Shown: positions 1 through 64,000, counted from the stretch's first letter. The stretch is DNA of 64,000 bases from Amoebidium appalachense (GCA_963693365.1 CAVNZM010000001.1:10690161-10754160), one strand, 5' to 3'. The notes: a model not told the origin generated them from the letters alone. Translations and numbers: made by a program.

Positions 1-685
1 AGAGGCGGCGGTTAGTCTGAGTAGCCCCGCCGAAGTGAACAGGGAAGGAAACCGAAAATTCTACAGGGGAATGGTCCGAACTACGCCGTAAGGAATCGGG
101 TGGGGAAATTACTCGAAGGGTGGAGTCCCAAAACGAGGCACCCCAGTCAGTCGCGTGGTTAGCGAAAACGCGAGGAAGACGGACAAGGTGCTTTCGAAGA
201 AGGTTGGCAAGGACACGAGCATGGTCAGAAAAAGGACGAAACTGTGCTGGGGACGGGGTATGTTCCCTATCACACGGAACCACTGGACAATTGAAGTCAC
301 CAATAAAAACTTGAGAAACGGGAATTTGGTTAACCACGGCTGACAAAGTGTCAGTACCTAACGACGGAGGAAAGTACACGAAAGACAAAGTCCACGCACG
401 AAACTGAATGGTGACGAAATACTCATGCGCCGCAATGACCCTGCAATCCGACGGAATGCTAGGATTGGCTAAAACCGCGATGCCGCCTCGGGAGAAACCA
501 GTCGATGACGAAGACCCAATCAAAAATCCGGATTGCTCCAACTGATGATGATTATAGAACCATGTCTCGGCAAGAACAACAAAAGAATAGGCACGAACAG
601 AGTCGAAAATGTATTGCAATTGCGGGGATTGTAAACCATGAACATTCCAAAACAAAAAAGAAAGAGGTTGAGATTGTTGAGCCAT
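1..685 (-). CDS. LINE (non-LTR retrotransposon) ORF2, N-terminal AP-endonuclease (EEP) domain; runs off the window edge
   Basis: Manual translation from ATG at 685 is open to the window edge (228 codons; absent from the ORF track because no stop lies in the window): MAQQSQPLSFLFWNVHGL...VVLAETWF...SRGGIAVL...FVYFPPS...FIGDFNCP...RSSDHSPV. This contains the ordered APE motifs WNVxGL, ETW, GGxA, YxPP, GDFN and SDH. Confidence 0.92.
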   Translation of the reverse strand, partial: MAQQSQPLSFLFWNVHGLQSPQLQYIFDSVRAYSFVVLAETWFYNHHQLEQSGFLIGSSSSTGFSRGGIAVLANPSIPSDCRVIAAHEYFVTIQFRAWTLSFVYFPPSLGTDTLSAVVNQIPVSQVFIGDFNCPVVPCDREHTPSPAQFRPFSDHARVLANLLRKHLVRLPRVFANHATDWGASFWDSTLRVISPPDSLRRSSDHSPVEFSVSFPVHFGGATQTNRRL

Positions 686-1318
686 TTAATTTCCGGCAGC
701 TGCCCGCGGTGCGCCAATCCGATCCAACCACGCACGATAAAAAGCCGCCACCTCCTGGGACGCAGTCACATGGCGGGGGGATCCGTCCACCCGCTCGAAA
801 AAGGCCATCTGTTTCTGCAACCGCCCGCGAAGCATGTCCACAGCGGGTTTGCCGGCGTCCATAAATTTCTGTTGTCGAATGTTACCGAGCGCATCAGGCT
901 GAAAAGCCGCCGAGTCCAGAATTTCGAGGTGCAGAAGGTTGCGCAGCTTGGTGCACAACTCAGCCTCGTAGTCCTCCTCAACAAGAAGCTCAAGCACACG
1001 GCCGCCGATGAAGGAATAATTGCGAATTTTGCTGGTACGCACACGAATTGCCCGAAAATCTTGCTTGATCTGCGAGATGGGGCCGCGAGCAAGGGTGACG
1101 TAGACGGGTTTGAAAGCGGGAGAGTGAGCACGGGCTTTGTCCTGACGTGGCATGGGGTTGACAGGACGGGGACGGCACCGTTCGCGAAGGCGCTTGACAG
1201 CGGCCACAAAGCTGTCAACAGCCTCAGGCTTGCCCTTGACCGAGCCAACCTTGTTGGCCTCCTCACGAAGTGCGTCCTCCTCGGAGCGAGCAGCGGCGGC
1301 AGCATAGGAAACTGTCAT
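686..1318 (-). CDS. LINE ORF1 protein (210 aa)
   Basis: Intact ORF directly upstream of the APE ORF2 (junction TAA-ATG). It has an N-terminal SYAAAA motif and a FKPVYV...ISQIKQDF...KIRNYSF...LELLVEEDYEAEL core that recalls ORF1 proteins of fungal-type LINEs (recognised by eye). Confidence 0.8.
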   Translation of the reverse strand: MTVSYAAAAARSEEDALREEANKVGSVKGKPEAVDSFVAAVKRLRERCRPRPVNPMPRQDKARAHSPAFKPVYVTLARGPISQIKQDFRAIRVRTSKIRNYSFIGGRVLELLVEEDYEAELCTKLRNLLHLEILDSAAFQPDALGNIRQQKFMDAGKPAVDMLRGRLQKQMAFFERVDGSPRHVTASQEVAAFYRAWLDRIGAPRAAAGN

Positions 1319-2230
1319 CTTCCCATGATTATCGGCAAGACTTAGAAGTTGAGTTTTACATTTGTTTATTAGTTTGTTGTTGTTTGTTTCCTTTTCCTTT
1401 CTTCCTTTCTTTCTTTCCTTTCTGTTTCCGTGTACACCGATATCTTAGATCTGTGTACACATCAAGATATTTAGCCCGCGCACACGTATTGTCGTTTGTG
1501 TCAATGTCTAAATATGTCGTCCAATCAGATCTCGTTGTATTTTCCCAAATATAGTAACCTACATTCCTCATTAATTCTATTCCGTTCCTTTCCCATTCCA
1601 TTCCTTTCTATCCTCATTCCTTTTCCTTCTTTTTCACGACGTAGCATTGTTCTATGTACACCAACTATTAGGAATACTTATATTTAGACGTGTTATGTTA
1701 AGAACATGTATAAATGTATGATGTGAACTAATAGTTACATAAGTGGTTTCATTTTGTTAAATGTTTCCGTAGTTTTCTTAGAAGATTACCTTCATTAGAG
1801 GATTGCGTTTTATCTTCTATGTGTCGACAGGCATTTCGATCGATTTATTTTACACTCACAGTTTTCGTCTTTCTGATTGGAAAATAGAGTTTTCGTTCTT
1901 TTGATTGGTTTATCGATTTCACATTCCTAAGTATAAAAGGAACTTCATCTTGGAATAAATATCAAGCAGTCGAATTCATTTCCTATGGCCCCAGTAATCG
2001 TTCCACCTCTCCGGTTGTGTTTCTCCCGTGTGTCTCTGTGTTGTGTATAACAATAAAACCCATCTGTGCACTCTGCTTCCCCGTTTACCCACACAAAACA
2101 ACAGAAACGGGTATGGAATTGGCAGGGGGGCGGCTCCGCGAATCTCCGACCGTTCCGGAATGACGGTGGGATTGCGAGGGCCACCACCGTTAGGGGGAGA
2201 CGCCGCAGCAGCTGCCGCAGCGGCCGGCCC

Positions 2231-2835
2231 TGTCATGTGCTGAGCTGATTCGTATTAGTTTACTTCTATATTTTGTGTTTTGGTGAGTTAATTTCGGGGG
2301 TTTTCTTGCATAGTGATGCCGGGGTCTAAATGGGGTATGAGGAGATTAATCAGTGGTATGGGGAGAATCTGATGCAGCGGCGGCTGATTGTTTGGTGCGC
2401 GCGTGCATGCCCCATGCCTCTGCGTACTCTCCATGTTAAATGTTGTATTGCTTCTTGCTGTGTGCGTGGCGAGACCCATTTTGCCTGCTCGCGTGTGTGT
2501 ATGCTTATATGTATTGTGAGTAAACGTGTGTACGTGTTGTAGTGCTGTAGGGGTGTCTGAGGTCGCGGTAGCCAATGGTGTGGAGTGCGTGTAGTCTGTG
2601 GGGGAGGGAGTGTTGTGATTGGCTGAATGTCACTGTGGTATTTGTCTGGCCAGTGGGCCGCGTGTCTGTGAAGTGTCTCGCGGGGTCGCGGGCTTTTGGA
2701 AGTTCTTCTCAGAACACAAAAAACTCGCTTCCCACCCAACTCAAAGAAAAGTTTATACGTATACACGGTTTCGAGCCCCTTTAAGCGTGCAGATAGTTAG
2801 AGTAGTTCATATACACTCTGTTTGTTGCTACGACA
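2231..2835 (+). mobile_element. Solo LTR (605 bp), inverted relative to the copies at 3756 and 5828
   Basis: Termini TGTCATG...CTACGACA, flanked by a perfect 5-bp TSD GGCCC (2226-2230 and 2836-2840). It is the reverse complement of the other two LTRs with several substitutions. Confidence 0.92.
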
Positions 2836-3151
2836 GGCCCCACCGGCTGAGGCTCACGGGAAGGCGAAGGCGTATCGATGAAACGAGCCAGGGTGGCGTT
2901 GAGTTCCTGCTAGGAAAGTTAGGTCGATTTTGGGAAAGATTGGGAAAAATCTAAAAGAAAGATAGGCTTTTTTTGAGATAGATTTACATACCCTTACTGC
3001 CGGAGGCCCAGCCACATTCGACGAGCTACTGCATTTTCCAGCGCAGCCAATCAAATGCAGCCAGTGGCATGATCGAAGTAGCTGGTGATAACCTTATATG
3101 GTTGTCTGTTTACGGTAAGCGGCTTTTTAAAAAAAATGTCTAATATAGAAT

Positions 3152-3259
3152 GGGAGTCGAAATACGATAGAAAAAAAGGGAGGAAGGATCAAGGTATTTT
3201 TGCAGCTGATATGCTACCTTGATCCTTCCTCCCTTTTTTTCTATCATATTTCGACTCCC
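3152..3259. repeat. Long inverted repeat / fold-back hairpin (45-bp arms, 18-nt loop)
   Basis: 3152-3196 GGGAGTCGAAATACGATAGAAAAAAAGGGAGGAAGGATCAAGGTA matches the reverse complement of 3215-3259 at 44/45 positions. Confidence 0.95.
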
Positions 3260-3559
3260 TGCTCACAGATCCCCAGGCCCCGCGCTAGGGTTGGGTCGGG
3301 CTTTCGGGTTCTTTGGCCGAAGAAGAACAATGAATATGGAGTCCGAGCAGCAAATGATAAAAGATACTGGCAGGCGCGGTCTGCTAGATGGGGCCCGTGG
3401 CTCAGTCCCCTTGCGCAGGTACAATCCAAAACTGTTATGCATATATGAGAAAACGAATGTTGAAGAGTGTGCCGGTGTGTTTGTGATCCACGTCATGTGT
3501 GTGTGCATGTGCTCATGTGTGTACACGTGTGTGCGTGTGTGTGTTTCTATGTGTATCAC

Positions 3560-3632
<73 letters not shown>

Positions 3633-3755
3633 TGTGTGTGTATGTGTCACGGTTCCTGTCGCGAGAAACTAGGAGGTACGTGTGCGGGGAAAGTCTTTGG
3701 GCGTTTAGGACCGTGACGAGAGGGGTGGGGTGGGGTGGGGGGGGGGGGGGGGGGG

Positions 3756-4360
3756 TGTCGTAGCTACAAACAGAGTGTATACAAACTACTCTAACTATCT
3801 GCACGCTTAAAGGGGCTCGAAACCGTGTATACGTATAAACTTTTCTTTGAGTTGGGTGGGAAGCGAGAAAAACGAGTTCTTAGAAGAACTTCGAAAAGCC
3901 CGCGACCCCGCGAGACACTTCACAGACACGCGGCCCACTGGCCAGACAAATACCACAGTGACATTCAGCCAATCACAACACTCCCTCCCCCACAGACTAC
4001 ACGCACTCCACACCATTGGCTACCGCGACCTCAGACACCCCTACAGCACTAGAACACGTACACACGTTTACTCACAATACATATAAGCATACACACACGC
4101 GAGCAGGCAACATGGGTCTCGCCACGCACACAGCAAGAAGCAATACAACATTTAACATGGAGAGTACGCAGAGGCATGGGGCATGCACGCGCGCACCAAA
4201 CAATCAGCCGCCGCTGCATCAGATTCTCCCCATACCACTGATTAATCTCCTCATACCCCATTTAGACCCCGGCATCACTATGCAAGAAAACCCCCGAAAT
4301 TAACTCACCAAAACACAAAATATAGAAGCAAACTAATACGAATCAGCTCAGCACATGACA
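3756..4360 (-). repeat. LTR copy 2
   Basis: TGTCGTAGCTACAAAC...CAGCACATGACA; ORF-track translations are identical to those of copy 3. Confidence 0.93.
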
Positions 4361-4947
4361 ACTCCTCCCTCGCACAGAAAATAACTGAGTTCCACCTCAG
4401 TAAAAACTACCTAAAAACAAAATAAAGTTATGTGCTGAGCGACTACAACTACCGCTAACCATGCAGGAAGCAACATATAACATATAACATAAACATATAC
4501 ATGCATCCACGCACCACCCCAGCATGGTTAGTACCCAACCCAACCCCAAAACAAGGATAATATGAACCGCCACTGACGTTGCCCTGTAGATGCACCTCTG
4601 CCCCCGTCCACAACCTGCACCCAAAACCCCATGCCCCTGGCACAATGTTATATCGAGTGGAACATAGCAACAGACATGATGCCAGACGCCATCCATACAA
4701 CCACACTCAGCATGCCCCATCCACAAAGAATTCCTAACACAACCAAACATGCCGTGACGAACACCTCCAGACTCATGTGACGTACACCTCCAGACTCTCT
4801 TGCTGGCCATTCCTCTACCCGACAAAGACGCCTACTACGTAGGTCCCGGTGGTTTGGGAATGCCTCCGCCCCAACCGTGCCCTACCCAGCGGTGTGTCTA
4901 AGGCCTACTGCTGCACTGGGCACCACAACACTACTCAACAACACTAC

Positions 4948-5018
4948 GGGCAGCCACTGCAAAGGGCCTCAACACCAGGCCCAGGGCAGCCACTCCAAGG
5001 GGCCTCAGCACCAGGCCC
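4948..5018. repeat. 36-bp tandem duplication inside the LTR element
   Basis: GGGCAGCCACT(G/C)CAA(A/G)GGGCCTCA(A/G)CACCAGGCCC twice. Confidence 0.85.
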
Positions 5019-5827
5019 TTTGACGACGGGGGTTCACAACAGTGGGGGCCTGCCACTGCCATGACTACACTTCGACCCCCCCCCCAGCCCCCTCGTCAGA
5101 GGGCCGAGCTCCCAAACAGCAGCAGGACTTTCTATTCCACTGACCCTAACCACACACGTCGCCAACACAGGACTCATACACACGTCGAAAACGCCAGGCA
5201 CCAGTAGAAAACCCAGCGAAAAATAACAATACACAACTCTCATACAACAACAACAACCCAAGAGACGGCCTACCCCCTAATAAAACCTTCATACCAGCAA
5301 CACGGTCACCGACGTCCCTGCCCCCCACGACGGGGCTGTTTACACCACGCGTTGCCCCCGCTCCTTGCAGTTGTCGCAGGTGCCTGGGAAAGAGCCTGGC
5401 GCCGGCTCTTGCTGTCCCGCCCAAAGACGCCAGCCTGGCCCATCTGTTATCCCGTTGTGGCCGTGGCTGGTAGGGCTGGTAGCGCCGTGGGGAGGGTGAC
5501 CGCCGCCGGTCCCTTCTGAGGCCTCTGCTGGGCAAACGGCCCTGAGCTTGCTAAGTCACCTAGGGAGGTCAAGGTCCTTAGCGAGGACTAAGTCCCCTGT
5601 GATACTAGTCCTACTGCTCATGTTGCCTATGCCAACTGTTGCTAGCTGTAGGTCCGTGTGTGCGTATGTTTCTTCTACCTCTAACCGGCGAAAAAGTCCT
5701 AAGTCAAAACCACTCATAACCGCTAGTCCTGAAAAAAAAAACTAGGGGTGAAAGCAACAGCCCAGAAGGACTAACAGTGCGTGTGCCCCCTCCCTGCAAA
5801 AAACTGCAGAGAAAGGGGGGTGTAGCT

Positions 5828-6432
5828 TGTCGTAGCTACAAACAGAGTGTATACAAACTACTCTAACTATCTGCACGCTTAAAGGGGCTCGAAACCGTGT
5901 ATACGTATAAACTTTTCTTTGAGTTGGGTGGGAAGCGAGAAAAACGAGTTCTTAGAAGAACTTCGAAAAGCCCGCGACCCCGCGAGACACTTCACAGACA
6001 CGCGGCCCACTGGCCAGACAAATACCACAGTGACATTCAGCCAATCACAACACTCCCTCCCCCACAGACTACACGCACTCCACACCATTGGCTACCGCGA
6101 CCTCAGACACCCCTACAGCACTAGAACACGTACACACGTTTACTCACAATACATATAAGCATACACACACGCGAGCAGGCAACATGGGTCTCGCCACGCA
6201 CACAGCAAGAAGCAATACAACATTTAACATGGAGAGTACGCAGAGGCATGGGGCATGCACGCGCGCACCAAACAATCAGCCGCCGCTGCATCAGATTCTC
6301 CCCATACCACTGATTAATCTCCTCATACCCCATTTAGACCCCGGCATCACTATGCAAGAAAACCCCCGAAATTAACTCACCAAAACACAAAATATAGAAG
6401 CAAACTAATACGAATCAGCTCAGCACATGACA
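5828..6432 (-). repeat. LTR copy 3
   Basis: Same 605-bp sequence as 3756-4360. Confidence 0.93.
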
Positions 6433-6450
6433 GGGGGGGAGGGGGGGGAG

Positions 6451-6487
<37 letters not shown>

Positions 6488-7700
6488 TATACACACCTGT
6501 GCACCCAGGGCGACAGCAAACATGAGCAGAACGACCTGCCAGGTCCTCATTCCACCACTAGAACCAACCTTGCGGGAGCCCATATTGTGTGGGCAAATGA
6601 CTCAACAACGCCGTTACGTGGTTACGCGAAGTAATTTTGAAAAGAAGTGTGCTTGGTTTGTTTCAGTACGATTACTGAGTGCCCCCGTTACGTTTTACTG
6701 GGTGGTAACGTGCCATAGCTGCCCAAAACGCATTGCCGCGTTCGCTGCAAACAGCGCAACGATATAGACAATTGGTACCGAAATCGGCGAAAATTCTCCA
6801 AGTGCTTTCAGAGAACCCCAAAGTAGTCATACTTTGTACCCCAAAAGTTCAAACTACAGTATTTGTCCCCGGTATCCGTCACTCTCCGTTCTTTATCGGG
6901 GCTATAAACACCCACATGATTTGCTCTTCAAAATCCGTGTCAGCGATTGGGCAAAAGCTTTTTTATCGTTTACCCCCCTCCCATTAGCCAGTCAAATCGC
7001 ATATATTCGCAGCTACCCCGGCCCTCACCTCCCCCCCTCGACGTCCGGATCTTTCGAACCCTACTCCTTTTTGATCTCGTGCCACGGGAGTAGAAAGGAG
7101 CCTACCGGCCCCAAAAACATTACCATCAAATCTTGTTGTAGAAGTTCGTTTGAACGCAATCAAAACTCTAAATGAAGAAATTGAATAAACTGAATAATCT
7201 GGATGTGATTGGGGGGGGGGGGATTCGTGATCACCAGGAATCGCCAGATTTCTGGTATTTATACCGTCAGAGTGCATATGAAAGTTGCGTCTTCGCCATG
7301 ACGTCATCCCCCAACACGCACAGCGAAGCTACCATCCGAATCCCAACACCACGCAATGCCCGGAATGCAAAACGATTTACCAAATCCAACCATTTCAGTT
7401 GAACATCATAGTAGGCTGCTTCTGTTTGAAAATGTTTCTGCTCACAGTACTGGCACCCAATGGCGGCCTGGAGACATGGGCATGGCGATAAAAATCCCCA
7501 CGGTGCGGGAGCGAGCCGGCGCGCAAGCCTAGACTAAGCACTGTGTTCTTAAAGCACTGTAGAGTACTACTATGCAACACTATGATTGATACTTGTACTA
7601 TGATCGTATATATCGTATTGTGTAACCTGGGTTGTAGATGTTCCGCATCTACTGCAACACTTGCGTTGTAGATGTTCGTTCGTTCGTTGCCCATACCACC

Positions 7701-7757
7701 GCGCCTGATACAGCGCGCCTGATACCAGTGCGCAAGCGCGCCTGATACCAGTGCGCA
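7701..7757. repeat. Short tandem repeat GCGCCTGATAC(C)AG x3
   Basis: Directly visible. Confidence 0.8.
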
Positions 7758-7821
7758 CTGAGAAACCGCCCAAAAACCAATATCTACTCTAAGACTTTTT
7801 TTTACGTGCTCAGGCCCGTGG

Positions 7822-7935
<114 letters not shown>

Positions 7936-8473
7936 ACACCCAATCATGAAGGTGCAACCAGAAGCCACATCTGCCACCTACTGAGATGGCTCCTTATTTT
8001 TCCTTACACATTCAGCGAACACTGGACTCTATCGAACCGTCGAGGCGCCGCGACAGAAAGCATGCACGCGGTCGCGAGAGTGTAAGGAAAAATCGGACTG
8101 CAGCGAACGTGAAGTTCATCGCAGCGCGTGCACACCGTCAGTACGTGTGAGAAGCCACATATGCATGGCCGCAGACGCTCTTATGCGGTTCAATTGGAAT
8201 AGTTCATACCACAGCAATAAAAAACGAAACCCAGTGGGGGACATACGCACTCATTTTTCACCGTGTTCGAATCAAGAAAATTTGGAGCCCTTCAATTTAA
8301 TCCTATCGCTGGAGCCATATATATTCTTCTTCCCTGCATCAAGTAAATTCTATAAACAAAACATAACAATAATGACTCAGGTGCGTTATGACCTTCACTC
8401 TGCCAGTTGCAGATCATGTGTGTCGCCGCTGATTTCAACAAGAAAGTCATTATAAAAAAGGAAGGAATTTTCG

Positions 8474-8690
8474 TCTCTTCCTGTTTTTTCTGCCTTTTCG
8501 CGTTATTACCATACGTACGCAGTATAAGTTTCTTTCTCGTTCTCTCTTCCTGTTTTTTCTGCCTTTTCGCGTTATTACCATACACAGTATAAGTTTCTTT
8601 CTCGTTCTGATAGATCTCTTCCTGTTTTTTCTGCCTTTTCGCGTTATTACCATACGCAGCATAAGTTTCTTTCTCACGCGTTCTGATAGA
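8474..8690. repeat. About 70-bp minisatellite, 3 copies
   Basis: Unit TCTCTTCCTGTTTTTTCTGCCTTTTCGCGTTATTACCATAC..CAGTATAAGTTTCTTTCTCGTTC starting at about 8474, 8543 and 8615. Confidence 0.9.
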
Positions 8691-8723
8691 GAAATCAAAG
8701 GTAAAACTCAGTCGGCATGTGTT

Positions 8724-9205
8724 ATGTTCCTTAGGCAACACCGTACTGATCATTATCGCTTTTTGGGAGCTTTGGCAGGATACATTTCTCCTGCTGTACG
8801 TATGGATACCACCCTAGTAGATACAAACAAGTCTGTATGGTGCTCTGATGTTGATATTGCCTGGGACGTTGTGCAGTGGCGTTGTAATTCTTGTTTTCAT
8901 CGCCGCTGGTGCCACTTTTGTGCTGAACTTTTTAATCGCAAGCATGTTGATAGGTGTGAGTTTTTATGTCGCGTTTTACCTCTTTCCCTACGGGTGTCTG
9001 CTACACTAGCTGGCAATGTGAACACTTTAGACTTTTTGTTGAATTCTGTTGGTCGTCACATTGAGTATTTATATGATTTTCACACAGTGTTCAGGTACCT
9101 CAGTATGCACTTGTTACTGGATAACTCGTGAAGTTTTTATTGTCTTCTCAGTATGCCGTGCATACTTGCATATCTTTCCGTCGAATAAATCCAGTCAAAA
9201 GAAAA
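8724..9205 (+). mobile_element. 5'-truncated LINE copy: ORF2 C-terminal Cys/His region, 3'UTR and decayed A-tail
   Basis: ORF 8724-9131 has QWRCNSCFHRRWCHFC...NRKHVDRC...TLDFLLNS, resembling the zinc-binding tail of fungal-type LINE ORF2. AATAAA at 9184-9189 is followed by AAAAGAAAA. Confidence 0.6.
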
Positions 9206-9213
9206 TTTTTTTT

Positions 9214-9840
9214 TCATGAGCATATCAATAAAGTGATTATAAAAAAAATAGTTTCAACCTGTGGAACTTGTGGTAAAGATTTATTGTAGGGGGTTTATGC
9301 TCTTTTTCTTGTCGTGGGCGGCCAGCTGTCTGACCTCCTGCGTTTCTAATGCATTATAACTAGCTATAGTGTGCACTATAGGGTAGATTACAAGCGGGAT
9401 AAGTAAAAAAAAAAAAACCATTAACGTAGCTTAAGAGCAGACTGAGTGGTATTTAAGAAAAACAAACCCGGTGTTACCAATAAATTTCAACTAGCATATT
9501 CCTGAGCACACACCGAGTTTTGGGAGACCAGGCGGTATTGGGCGTTGCTTGTGCTATGTGTGATCGTCTGAGTCATATTGTGATACGGTGTCTTAACTTT
9601 CTTTCGGAGCTAAAAATGCTAGCCTCTGCTTATCCATAATATGTAATAGGGTTGTTGTATGCATGCTACGACTGCGCTAGATGTTGCTTAGCATGTACAT
9701 ATGTCACCAGCTGCATTTGATTGGCTGCGCTGGAAAACGCAGTAGGCCGTCGAGTGAGGCTGGGCCCCAGACAGGGTCCACGCAATAAAATTTAAAGTGC
9801 GTAAACCTTTTTTATAATGACTTTATTGATATGCTCATGA
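9214..9840. mobile_element. Putative MITE (627 bp) with about 33-bp terminal inverted repeats, just upstream of the giant gene
   Basis: 9214 TCATGAGCATATCAATAAAGTGATTATAAAAAA versus reverse complement of 9808-9840 TCATGAGCATATCAATAAAGTCATTATAAAAAA (one mismatch). The TSD is ambiguous (palindromic CATG possible). Confidence 0.7.
9701..9774 (+). promoter_or_regulatory. Candidate promoter element with reverse CCAAT box (TGATTGGCTG)
   Basis: NF-Y-type AGCCAATCA on the minus strand about 270 bp upstream of the ATG at 9995. The block has an inverted homolog at about 2997-3070. Confidence 0.4.
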
Positions 9841-9994
9841 TGTGTAAACCCCCACTTGAGATCTGTGTAACCGAGTCGAGTCCCCAAAATTCTTCGCTGT
9901 TCACGTAGACACAGGCACTGTTTTTAGAACCACACACATGTTTTCTATATGTCCCTAGTACTATTAGCTGAAGCTTTAGAGTTTAACCGTGAGA

Positions 9995-63323
<53,329 letters not shown>

Positions 63324-63914
63324 GTGAGTCACCGTGCATAATGTCGTTCACTTTTGGATTTGCCTATGATACATGTAGAGGCCCGAAAATTGGCCACTAA
63401 ACTGAGGCACACAACCCTCCTGTGTGCCTGCATACTCTATCGATTCCTTTTTCTAGCATGCACACGGAGAATCATCAATGACATACACCGCCTCAGTATT
63501 GCGTACCATGCGAAGGCTGTAAGTCCGGCATCTTACTTGTAAACCAATTACGCAAAAAATAACCCCCCCCCCTCCCCCCCCCCCCCCTTTCCAAAAACCA
63601 AATATGTACATCTGAAAATTTTGCACCGATGCAATTTATGTCATTCCTATCATAACATCGGAATTAAAATCGTGGAGAAACTGAAGGACATGTGTTATCC
63701 TTGGTGGGCTGGTTAGGGTTTAGGGGTGGCCCGGTCCGAGTTTTGCAATATTTTGTGCATACATCGTCGAATATCTATGTAGCATTTATGAATGGGGCGT
63801 TAATGTTGTGTTTTTGAATATGCAGTTGAAAACAAGCTGACACGAAAAACATACCTTACACGCACAAGCCCAGTTTCGCACGCACATACACAGGCACACG
63901 CGCACACACACACA

Positions 63915-64000
<86 letters not shown>

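Larger units (their letters stand above)
1..2000 (-). mobile_element. 5' portion of a LINE retrotransposon (5'UTR, ORF1, ORF2 start); 5' boundary uncertain
   Basis: ORF1-ORF2(APE) tandem on the minus strand with AT-rich upstream sequence. No TSD can be seen because the 3' end lies outside the window. Confidence 0.75.
3756..6432 (-). mobile_element. Non-autonomous LTR retroelement (TRIM/LARD-like, 2,677 bp)
   Basis: Two apparently identical 605-bp direct repeats (3756-4360, 5828-6432) with TG...CA ends and a 1,467-bp interior without recognisable gag/pol. It is flanked by G-runs, consistent with a GGGGG TSD. Minus orientation is inferred from the purine tract GAGGGAGGAG one base from the 4360 LTR end. 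Confidence 0.88.

Noticed and set aside
638-1345. 235-aa + strand ORF
   Set aside because: Antisense shadow of LINE ORF1, with a non-ATG-independent lack of recognisable motifs; the minus strand has the coherent ORF1-ORF2 arrangement.
5146-5535. Arg-rich ORF in the LTR element as gag/pol
   Set aside because: No zinc knuckle, protease, RT or integrase motifs; at most a decayed remnant.
2288-6375. Repeated 95-aa MATATSDTP ORF as a gene family
   Set aside because: Lies within the three LTR copies, starts at a non-ATG codon and has no domain features.
63711-63726. Telomere-like TTAGGG/TTTAGGG
   Set aside because: Only two imperfect units.

Overview
Eukaryotic, intron-rich, microsatellite-dense genomic DNA. 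The intron style and holozoan-type extracellular domain mix suggest a unicellular animal relative such as an ichthyosporean; this is inference only. Positions 1-9.9 kb are a transposon-rich intergenic zone. It holds the 5' half of a LINE on the minus strand (ORF1 plus an AP-endonuclease ORF2 missed by the ORF track), three 605-bp LTRs (one solo, two flanking a 2.7-kb non-autonomous element), a 108-bp near-perfect hairpin, a 3' LINE fragment and a putative MITE at the promoter. From 9,995 to beyond the window end there is one giant + strand gene, which I assembled by hand into 77 GT-AG exons with consistent phases (about 13.3 kb CDS, at least about 4,450 aa, 3' end outside the window). Its architecture is: signal peptide, WSC, F-type (fucose) lectin, EGF-like, 29 tandem PAN/apple domains separated by 28 small Cys-rich spacer modules, a PA14-like domain interrupted by H-lectin-like repeats, a Calx-beta/Ig-like domain and a VWD domain. 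Nearly all array exons are symmetric phase 1-1 cassettes. Introns show a strand-biased pattern of C-tracts after donors and CA- or A-rich acceptors. Domain names come from motif recognition by eye, not database searches.
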